The notes beneath the pieces were generated by a model that saw nothing but the letters and a program-made list of their open reading frames with translations, made no database searches and had not been told where the DNA came from. Of a stretch of DNA of 64,000 bases, positions 26,395-36,900 are shown piece by piece. The stretch covers positions 2,799 through 66,798 of the forward strand of contig CAZUTS010000007.1 in NCBI GenBank assembly GCA_964623375.1, given 5' to 3'. The position numbers and the translations under genes were made by a program. Within the stretch, counting starts at the first letter, position 1; every line of letters begins with the position of its first letter. The stretch is from an uncultured Anaerolineaceae bacterium (GTDB lineage: Bacteria > Chloroflexota > Anaerolineae > Anaerolineales > UBA11579).

Positions 26395-26402
26395 TGCTAT
26401 AA

Positions 26403-26442
26403 ACACAAAGCCCCGCTAAAAAGCGGGGCTTTGTGTTTTTTG
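26403..26442. terminator. Hairpin terminator downstream of acnA, with a stronger U-tract on the plus strand
   Basis: ACACAAAGCCCCGC-taaaaa-GCGGGGCTTTGTGT. T6 follows on the plus strand; only TTTAT follows on the minus strand. Confidence 0.65.
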
Positions 26443-26450
26443 TCGTAGTG

Positions 26451-29156
<2,706 letters not shown>

Positions 29157-29287
29157 TTATTACTCCGCGGTTTGATTATACCGCCCAGCCTCTTGCGCTA
29201 ATTGGGTAGTACTTTCATCTGTCTGTAAGGTGTTCAGTGAGTTTGGACAGTTCTTTTTTGTATAATTTTTGTGAGAGGACGCATTAA

Positions 29288-31474
29288 ATGAGACGCTTAT
29301 ATTTGCTAGCTCTATTTGCTTTACCGTTGTTGTTAACAGCCTGCGCCGGTGCTGGCGGCCAAGTATGGCTCGACGAGAACCAGAATGGGCTCCGTGACGC
29401 AGGTGAGGCTGGGGTGGCAGATGTGAACATCACCGTACATGACGGCCAGGGGCAACTGCTCGGCTCGACCCAGAGCGGGCCAGACGGTCGTTATGCTGTT
29501 GAGTTGCCGAGCGATGAAATCTCGGTAACTGTGCATTTTGAACTGCCTGCCGGGTATGGCTTCACGCAAAAACTTGCTGGAGCCAATTCCAGTGCAGTCG
29601 ACCCGGAAACCGGGGAAACCGAGCCCATCTTCATTGAGGGCAAGGTGGAGGACATCAATGCTGGCTTGGTGTTGCTGGCCGTGGCCGAACCCGAGCCATT
29701 GTCTGATGAGCCAGCGCGCGCTGCCATCACGGGCCGTGCCTGGTTGGATGAAAACGCCAACGGCTTGCAGGATGAGGCTGAACCTGGCCTGGCCGGAGTA
29801 CAGGTGCAATTGCTGGATACGAATGGCGATGCCCTGGATGAGAAGTTCACCGGCGAGGATGGCGAATACATCCTTGACGATGTGGTGGCCGAAAGTAATT
29901 TTCAGCTCGCCTTCTTCGCACCCGAAGGGTATGAGATCACCCAGATGGATGCGGGCGATGACGATGCCATTGATAGTGATGTTGGCCAGCAAAGTGGGCA
30001 GACAGCATTGCATACCTTGGATGTGGAAGGTACGGTGTTGGATGCTGGTTTTGTAACGGCAGCACCCACCAGCATGGGGCCGGATACTTTCCCCACCGGC
30101 TACAACCCGCTGACTGGCCAGCCGCTGTGCTTGCCTGAAGCGGCTGACTGGGGTGTGGTGGGCATCTCTATCTCGCAGTTCCCGCCCGCGGCCACTCGCC
30201 CGCCCACAGGTTTGCAGTGGGCCGCCTGGGTCAGCGAATGGTGGATTGGTGATGGCGACACCCGTCTCTACGCCCAGTTCTATGGCTGCTACCCTGAGAT
30301 TGATATAGACGCCATCCTGGGTGACCAGCAGGCTGGTGACGGCCCCGACGCTGAGGCGGGCCAGGTGCTGATTGGTGATCTGGTCTGGTATGACCTTAAC
30401 GGCAACGGCCAGCAAGACGATGGCGAACCGGGCGTGCCAGGCGTGGCTGTGGAACTCATCCTCAGCAGCCAGGTGATTGCCAGCACCACAACTGATGGTG
30501 CCGGGCGCTACGCCTTCAGCGTGGAGCCGCAATATGGCTACAGCTACCAGGTGCGCTTCACCATCCCGGCAAACATGCAGACCTTCTACTTCGTCAGCGC
30601 AAATCTGGCTGATGATGCGATCGATAGTGACCCCGACCCGGAAACGGGCCTGACCCAGGGCTTCACCCTCAGCGAGGGACAAAGCGAGTACCTGGACATT
30701 GACGCGGGAGTGCGCCACTCCATCCGCATCGAAGGGGTGCGCTCAGGCCGCCTGGTGTACGAAGTAATGCGTGGCTACTTTGAAGGCTGCACCGTCATCG
30801 CTGGCGCTGACCCCACCGTGCTGGCACAGATCCAGGTGTGTGCTCAGGCGGCCAGCAGTGACACCAGTGATATCGGTGCTGCTGGTATCGATGTGACCAA
30901 GCTGCAGGAAGTTGCCAAGAACAACGTGGGCATTTACGGCCCGCCGAATCTCACCGGCAACCTGTTTGACGCTACCCCGCCGGATGGCTGTGTGGCGGCG
31001 GATTCGCTGACCATGTTCTACAACGTCAACAACCAGACCTACTGGAACTATGACGAAGCGTCTGGCGCATACATCCGCCACCAGAACACCTACACCGCGC
31101 CGGATGTGCAGGAGACCAGTACCGAAGCACTCACCGGTGAGCCGCTGGCCTTTGAGAACGTGATGGTGTACTTCGTCACGCATGAGCAGCTCAACACGGC
31201 TGGCACCATCTTTGATGTTCACATGGAAGGCACCACCGGCCGCGTCAAGCTGCTGCGTGATGGCTTGGTGTGCGATGTGTACTGGTCAACGGTGAACGGT
31301 GACTACGAGAAAGACACGGGCCGTACACGCCCGATCCGCTTCACCTATGCGGATGGCACGCCCTTCCCCTTGAAGCCGGGCCAGCTCTTCATCCATATGG
31401 TGCACATCAACGCAGACTTCTTTGAGCCAGAGCCGGGCTCCGCTGCGTGGCGTGCCCGCTGGTACGCTCCCTAG
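29288..31474 (+). CDS. Lipoprotein with three SdrD B-like domains and a DUF3048 (YerB-like) domain
   Basis: 728 aa. Lipobox LLTAC. SdrD-B signatures: VWLDENQNGLRD...GPDGRYAV, AWLDENANGLQD...GEDGEYIL, VWYDLNGNGQQD...DGAGRYAF. DUF3048-like segments: YNPLTGQP...RPPTGLQWAAWVSEW...TRLYAQF and GVRSGRLVYEVMRGY. Confidence 0.8.
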   Translation: MRRLYLLALFALPLLLTACAGAGGQVWLDENQNGLRDAGEAGVADVNITVHDGQGQLLGSTQSGPDGRYAVELPSDEISVTVHFELPAGYGFTQKLAGANSSAVDPETGETEPIFIEGKVEDINAGLVLLAVAEPEPLSDEPARAAITGRAWLDENANGLQDEAEPGLAGVQVQLLDTNGDALDEKFTGEDGEYILDDVVAESNFQLAFFAPEGYEITQMDAGDDDAIDSDVGQQSGQTALHTLDVEGTVLDAGFVTAAPTSMGPDTFPTGYNPLTGQPLCLPEAADWGVVGISISQFPPAATRPPTGLQWAAWVSEWWIGDGDTRLYAQFYGCYPEIDIDAILGDQQAGDGPDAEAGQVLIGDLVWYDLNGNGQQDDGEPGVPGVAVELILSSQVIASTTTDGAGRYAFSVEPQYGYSYQVRFTIPANMQTFYFVSANLADDAIDSDPDPETGLTQGFTLSEGQSEYLDIDAGVRHSIRIEGVRSGRLVYEVMRGYFEGCTVIAGADPTVLAQIQVCAQAASSDTSDIGAAGIDVTKLQEVAKNNVGIYGPPNLTGNLFDATPPDGCVAADSLTMFYNVNNQTYWNYDEASGAYIRHQNTYTAPDVQETSTEALTGEPLAFENVMVYFVTHEQLNTAGTIFDVHMEGTTGRVKLLRDGLVCDVYWSTVNGDYEKDTGRTRPIRFTYADGTPFPLKPGQLFIHMVHINADFFEPEPGSAAWRARWYAP

Positions 31475-31488
31475 AGCAAGTAACAAAA

Positions 31489-31514
31489 AGAGCCGCGTTA
31501 GCGGCTCTTTTTTG
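31489..31514. terminator. Bidirectional intrinsic terminator
   Basis: A5 run, AGAGCCGC-gtta-GCGGCTCT, T6 run. The MFS stop codon lies in the loop. Confidence 0.7.
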
Positions 31515-32733
31515 TTGTCAGCGAGAGAATGCGCTGGAACAGTACCACTACGGGAGTTAGCACAATCGCCGAAGTGATCAGCGCGGCGCGCATGGAGTAC
31601 AAGCGGCCCACTGTGCCCAGAATCGGCCCGCCGCTCAACTCGCCCAGGGCATCGATCTGCCCGGCCATCGAGAGCACCGTGGCGCGTGATTTGGTGGGAA
31701 TCTGCTGATTGATCCATGTGCGTGTGAGCGGGAAGGTGACGCGCCGCAGCGCGTTAAAGGCCACCATCGCCAACAGCGCCACGGTAAATTGCCCGGTCAG
31801 TGAGAACAGCAACATGGCGATCACCATGCCGGCATACAGCAGTTGCAAACCGCGCGCTACTGCCGGGCCGTGTGTGGTGTCTACGGCGCGCTTGGCGATC
31901 TGGTTGGCGACCAAGCCGACCAGCAAGAAGATGACATTCAGCACGCCAAACCACTGCACATTGCTGAGTTGTAGGGAGCCCAATACCGGAAAGCTGAACA
32001 CTTGTAGCAGATAAGGCTGTGCTAAACGGTCCCAGGCTTCGCTATACAGGCCCACGAACAAGGCCGCCACGCCGAAGACCATCAGCGCCGGGCTGCGGCG
32101 CGCCGTTTGCAAGCCAGCGTTGAAAGTCTTGAACATGGTGCGCCAGCCCTGGCGCTCTTTGGCCGGCACGGGTTTGAACCCGTGCTCTGGCATGCTGAAG
32201 ATCAGCAGGATGCCCAGCAACACCAAGAGGCCGCCGCCGAGGAAATAGGGGAAGGATAGCCCCAGCGTCTCGGCCACCCACACCCCAATGGGGATGCCCA
32301 GCAGGCTGCCCATGATCTCCAACTGATTGCCAGAGATGATGACTGGCCCGACATGCTTGGCGCCTACTTCGTCCGTCACCCATGCGTCCAGCGCGCCACT
32401 GATGAAGGTGTGGCCGATGCCCCATACCACCTGGGAGAGCAGGATGATGCTGAACAGCGGCAAGATGCCTTCGATAGCGTGGCCAATGCCCACCAGGAAC
32501 ACGCCGATGATGATAGAAAGCCGGCGGCTGTACACATCAGCCACCACGCCGGTGGGAATCTCGAACAGGAAAATGCTCACTTCCAGCGCGGTGCCCAAAA
32601 GCACCAGTTGTAGCGCGTCCAGCCCCGCCACCTCTACGCGGTAGACCACATAGGTGGTGTACATCACCATGGTGCTGAAGCCGAAAGCAATATAGATCAG
32701 GCGATAAAGCAGGGCAGCATTGAGCTTGCGCAA
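31498..32733 (-). CDS. MFS transporter
   Basis: 411 aa, about 12 TM. Loop 2-3 motif VADVYSRRLS. Confidence 0.85.
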   Translation of the reverse strand: MRKLNAALLYRLIYIAFGFSTMVMYTTYVVYRVEVAGLDALQLVLLGTALEVSIFLFEIPTGVVADVYSRRLSIIIGVFLVGIGHAIEGILPLFSIILLSQVVWGIGHTFISGALDAWVTDEVGAKHVGPVIISGNQLEIMGSLLGIPIGVWVAETLGLSFPYFLGGGLLVLLGILLIFSMPEHGFKPVPAKERQGWRTMFKTFNAGLQTARRSPALMVFGVAALFVGLYSEAWDRLAQPYLLQVFSFPVLGSLQLSNVQWFGVLNVIFLLVGLVANQIAKRAVDTTHGPAVARGLQLLYAGMVIAMLLFSLTGQFTVALLAMVAFNALRRVTFPLTRTWINQQIPTKSRATVLSMAGQIDALGELSGGPILGTVGRLYSMRAALITSAIVLTPVVVLFQRILSLTTKKSR

Positions 32734-32762
32734 CTACGTCTCCAGGGAAGGGAAGAATGCTG

Positions 32763-33686
32763 CTAACCCGCGTCAGTAATGCGGGTGAGCTCGCCTTGAA
32801 TGATGATGCGCTGCGTGTTGATCATGTAGGGATAGCAACTGATCAAGGTGATGGTGGCGTCTTGCGTGGGGAACATCACTTCAACGAAGGTGGGCGCTAC
32901 CAGCAAGCGGCCGGTGACGGTGTAGGTGTAGCTGTTTTGCGCCGTGGAGACCACGATCTCGTCTCCCACGCTGAGTTGGTCGAGCTGGCGGAATACTTCG
33001 CCGTAAATGTCATTGTGGCCACTCAGCACTAGATTGCCATTCTGGCCGGGGTTGGCGCTGCCGATGTGCTGGCCCACGCCGCGCTTCAGCGCTTCCCAAT
33101 CATCGCCCTGCACCACGGGCGCGTTGACGGCAATGCTGGGAATGCTGATGCTCATCGCTTGCTCTGGCCCTGGCGTGGGCATCACCAGCGCGGCGGTGTA
33201 GGCCTGCACCAGCGGGCGCAGGTGCTCGGGGATCTCGGCTTCGTTGGGCGCCGCGGCGTTGTTGACGCTGGGGGCGGTGTGGCCCGAAGGGAGCACGACC
33301 GGGCCCAGCAACGGTGCCGGGCTGGGCGTGCCGGAGCCCGCACTCAGTTCGCTATTGAGTTGGCCAAGTAGATCCAACCCGTTCACAAAGATGAAGACCA
33401 GTCCAATCACAGCCGCCAGCTCAACCGCCAGCAGGCCGCGCTCTACCCATACGCGGTTGCGCTTGGCGTTGGGGCTGGCCAGACGCAGGTCAGGGTCGGC
33501 ATGGATGCGCGTGCCCGCTAGCGGCTCCACGTCTGTGGCCTCGGTGTCCTCAGCGTCAAGCGGCAGCAGCGCGCCGCTGTCTGCATAGGCGCTCACACGC
33601 CGCTTGCGGTCGGCAGTACGCCGGTCGAGCAAGAGGCGGCGTAGCTCGCTCTCTTCCAGGTTGAGGGTTTTGCTTTTCTTGGCCAT
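32763..33686 (-). CDS. Sortase family transpeptidase (membrane-anchored)
   Basis: 307 aa. N-terminal TM, then catalytic His context LVLSGHND, Cys context TLISCYP and Arg context TQRIIIQG. Confidence 0.8.
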   Translation of the reverse strand: MAKKSKTLNLEESELRRLLLDRRTADRKRRVSAYADSGALLPLDAEDTEATDVEPLAGTRIHADPDLRLASPNAKRNRVWVERGLLAVELAAVIGLVFIFVNGLDLLGQLNSELSAGSGTPSPAPLLGPVVLPSGHTAPSVNNAAAPNEAEIPEHLRPLVQAYTAALVMPTPGPEQAMSISIPSIAVNAPVVQGDDWEALKRGVGQHIGSANPGQNGNLVLSGHNDIYGEVFRQLDQLSVGDEIVVSTAQNSYTYTVTGRLLVAPTFVEVMFPTQDATITLISCYPYMINTQRIIIQGELTRITDAG

Positions 33687-33702
33687 AAGGCGAAAGACGA
33701 TT

Positions 33703-34938
33703 CTACTTGCCGCCTTGAGCGGTTTCAGCCAGCACCGCTTCCAACTGGGCGGCCAACTGTGGCCGGTTGAAGTGTGCTTCCAGGAAACTGCGACCGGCCG
33801 CGCCCATGGCGCGCGTCTGCTCCGGCGTGCTGGCCAGGCTGCGCAGCGCGGCGGCCATGGCGGCCGGGTCGCCGGGTGGCACGAACACGCCTGCTTTGGC
33901 TTCTGTGACTACCTGGCGGATAGCACCATCGATGGCCAGAGCCACGGCACGGCCAGCCGCCAAATAGTCGAACACTTTGTTGGGATACACCGTGGCATAC
34001 AAAGGCAGCGGCTTCAGGATGGCGATGCACACATCTGCTGCCGCCAGGGCTGCAGCCATTGCTTCTTTTGCCAGCGGATCAACAAAATGAATATTGCTCA
34101 AGCCCATTTCACCAGCCTGCAGGCGCAGGCTGGGTTTGTCTTTACCATCCCCCACCAGCACCAGCTGGATCTGCGGGGCGTCTTGCAGTAACTGTGCGGC
34201 GTGGAGCAGCACGCCCAGGTCGTTCGAGAGGCCATGTGCGCCAGCGTATAGCGCCACAAATTTGCCCTGCAGTCCGTGCTGCTGGCGGAAGGCGGCGCCA
34301 TCGGCGGCCGGGTCGAACATCGCGGCATCCGCACCGTTGGGCACTAAACGTATATTGCGCGCTCCGCGTGCCTGCACATGAGCTTCGAAGCCGGGTGAGT
34401 TGATCGTTACGATGCGCGCCGCACGGTAAAGGAAGCGCTCCAACCATTCAGAGGCGGCGACGAGTAAGCGGTTGTGCAACACGCCAACAGCTACGGCGAA
34501 GGCCGGCCACAGATCGCGTACTTCCAGTAGCAGCGGAGCGCGCTTGAGGCGCGAGAGCGCCCAGGCGCTCACCGCCTGAAAGATGGGCGGCGTGGTGCCC
34601 CACACGACGTCAACATCGCTGACGCGCAGCCCGGCCCAGAAAGCATTCCAGGTGAAACTGAAGAAGTTGAGCAGGCGGCGCACAAAGCTGCGGTGCAAAC
34701 CGGGTAGGGTACGCACACGCAGGATGCGCAGGCTACCGCCGCCATCATAGGTCCAGTGCTCGGCGTCCTTATTGGCGTCTGTGCCGGTGAGATAGCTGGT
34801 CTGGCTGGCGATGACGGTGACGCGGTGGCCGTGCTGCGCCAGATAGCGTGCAAATTCGTAGTGGCGCGTGCCGCCGGCTTCGTCAAGGGCGACGAAGGCT
34901 TGATGCACCAACAGGACGTGTAGTTTCGGTGTGCTCAT
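33703..34938 (-). CDS. Glycosyltransferase family 4 (WcaI-like)
   Basis: 411 aa. GT-B layout with an N-terminal AGGTRHYE motif and a C-terminal E-x7-E-like region. 4-nt overlap with the upstream gene. Confidence 0.85.
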   Translation of the reverse strand: MSTPKLHVLLVHQAFVALDEAGGTRHYEFARYLAQHGHRVTVIASQTSYLTGTDANKDAEHWTYDGGGSLRILRVRTLPGLHRSFVRRLLNFFSFTWNAFWAGLRVSDVDVVWGTTPPIFQAVSAWALSRLKRAPLLLEVRDLWPAFAVAVGVLHNRLLVAASEWLERFLYRAARIVTINSPGFEAHVQARGARNIRLVPNGADAAMFDPAADGAAFRQQHGLQGKFVALYAGAHGLSNDLGVLLHAAQLLQDAPQIQLVLVGDGKDKPSLRLQAGEMGLSNIHFVDPLAKEAMAAALAAADVCIAILKPLPLYATVYPNKVFDYLAAGRAVALAIDGAIRQVVTEAKAGVFVPPGDPAAMAAALRSLASTPEQTRAMGAAGRSFLEAHFNRPQLAAQLEAVLAETAQGGK

Positions 34939-36854
34939 CGAGGAAAGACAAAACGAGTGATGACCTGCTGCAAGGCGTCACCTTCAAGCTCCACCACCAA
35001 TGCTAATGCAGGTTGCTTGCTGGCGTAGCTATACGAGACCCAGCCCGCTGTGGGGCTGTTGGCTGCTGCTCCGTGCAGGCGTTTGCCCGCGCGCAGCAGG
35101 CTGAGCGCGTGACCCTCCACCTGAATATAGACGCGGCCTTTGGGCGAGCGCAGGGACAGGGTGTCGCCCTTGATGCGCCACGGCCAATCAGGCAGCAGCC
35201 AGTGCAGCCGCCCGCGGTGGCCGTGGGTGTCACCGGTTACTTCATCGCGCACTGTCCATTCGTGCTGGCCTGCATGCACGCTGCGGCGGTGGATGAGGCC
35301 GAGCTTGCGATACCCGTTGTGTTCGGCTGCGGCGCGGCGAGGGCTGTGTTCCAGCACAGTGGCTTGCGCAAAATCCAACCACAAGAAGCGGCCGGCGCGT
35401 GTCATTTGATCCGCATCGTCTAGCAGCAGGGTGTTGTGCACCGCTGTCGTTGCCAGAGCGTTGTTCCACGGCGCAGGTGCATTGTAAAGATAGGTTCCCG
35501 GGTCTTGCGTGATGTTGAAACCGCGCCACCACAGATCCAAATGTAGTTGGTCGGCGTGGCCGGGGCGGCCAGTGAAATGAGCAGCGCGTAGATAGCCCCA
35601 GGCTTGCCCACTTTCCAGGCGCACGGGCTGGGCGGCTTTGCCGCGGCGGCTTGTGTGCGGCGGGTGCAAGCCCAGCCAGGCAGCCAGCTCATCCCATGCG
35701 CCGTTGGGCAAACCAGCCGTGCCCAGCGCTGCGGCTGCGGCTTGCAGCGCCGGGCGGTAATCGCCGAAGGGCAGCACAGTCAATGGAAAGATATAGGCGC
35801 CGTCATTGGGGCCAAGGTTGGCTGCCTGCCCGCTGCTCTCATCCAGCAAGGCGAATAACCAGCGGCATGCGGCACGCAACCGTTCCAGCGTGGCTTGTGG
35901 CAAGGCCTGCTGTTCGTGGGTTGCCAGGCTCTGCGCCCAGGTGGCCAGTTGCAGCATCAGGCGATGATAGTTAGCACTGTGCTGGCTGTAGGTGCCCTCG
36001 GGAGTTACCTGGCGAGCAATGCCCTCAACAAAATACTTGCGGCCCATTTCACGCCATGTGACGGAGCGGGCGTGCTCGGGCAACAGTATGCCCGCGGTCC
36101 ACAGACCCAGCGCTTCACTTAGCAGGTGATTGTTGTTCTGTGCCTGGGCATAGCTCAGGCTGGGTGGGATGCGTTCGGCATGCGCTGCTAAGGCCTGGCT
36201 TAGGATGGCGCGGCGTGCATCTGTGGATGCTTTGGCGGCGGCCAGCAATGTATAGCTGAAGGCTAACGCCATCAGGCGCAGGGCCACTTCTTGTGCCGAA
36301 GACCAGTGTGGCCCAAGGTTGGCGGGGTTGGCGCGCAGAAAGCGCTCCACGCGCTGCCAAAAGCCCTCGGCGTAGCGCTCATCCCCGCTGAGCCAATAGG
36401 CGCGTGCCAGCAGGGTGGCCCAGGCCATGCGGCCCACCTCCCACACGGGCTTGATGTCGCTGCCATCCGGCATGGCGCTGGCATACGCCGTCCAGTGCTG
36501 CAATGGCTTGCCAGCTGCCAGCTTCAATGGGCGCGGCTTGCCGCCAAACAAACGCAATGAGCCTGCTAGCACTTCGTCTGCTTGCGCCAGTACGGTGCGC
36601 GTCTGGCGGCCCAGCAGCTTGCGCAGCTGCGCGGGTGCGGCAGGTTGCAGCCAGGGCTGCATTCGGCTGCTGGGCTGGGGTTTGCCGCCTGGCGGGGTTT
36701 GGGCGCGCAACCAGCCGCTGCGCAATTGCAGCGTATAGAGTGCATAGCGCAGCATCGGGCGCAGCCCTAATTGCCCCAGGGCTTTGATGGCGGTGGAAAG
36801 GTGGCGGGCAGCCATTAAGAGTGAATTGTAGCCGCACACAACCGCGCCACTCAC
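34935..36854 (-). CDS. Heparinase II/III-like (alginate-lyase superfamily) protein
   Basis: 639 aa. AQNNHLLSEALGL and HSANYHRLMLQ segments, and a C-terminal beta-sandwich-like part. The start is uncertain; an alternative ATG is at 36815. Confidence 0.75.
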   Translation of the reverse strand: MSGAVVCGYNSLLMAARHLSTAIKALGQLGLRPMLRYALYTLQLRSGWLRAQTPPGGKPQPSSRMQPWLQPAAPAQLRKLLGRQTRTVLAQADEVLAGSLRLFGGKPRPLKLAAGKPLQHWTAYASAMPDGSDIKPVWEVGRMAWATLLARAYWLSGDERYAEGFWQRVERFLRANPANLGPHWSSAQEVALRLMALAFSYTLLAAAKASTDARRAILSQALAAHAERIPPSLSYAQAQNNNHLLSEALGLWTAGILLPEHARSVTWREMGRKYFVEGIARQVTPEGTYSQHSANYHRLMLQLATWAQSLATHEQQALPQATLERLRAACRWLFALLDESSGQAANLGPNDGAYIFPLTVLPFGDYRPALQAAAAALGTAGLPNGAWDELAAWLGLHPPHTSRRGKAAQPVRLESGQAWGYLRAAHFTGRPGHADQLHLDLWWRGFNITQDPGTYLYNAPAPWNNALATTAVHNTLLLDDADQMTRAGRFLWLDFAQATVLEHSPRRAAAEHNGYRKLGLIHRRSVHAGQHEWTVRDEVTGDTHGHRGRLHWLLPDWPWRIKGDTLSLRSPKGRVYIQVEGHALSLLRAGKRLHGAAANSPTAGWVSYSYASKQPALALVVELEGDALQQVITRFVFPR

Positions 36855-36900
36855 CGCCTACACACCTTTGCAATGCATAGCTGCGGTTAAAATCCCACAG

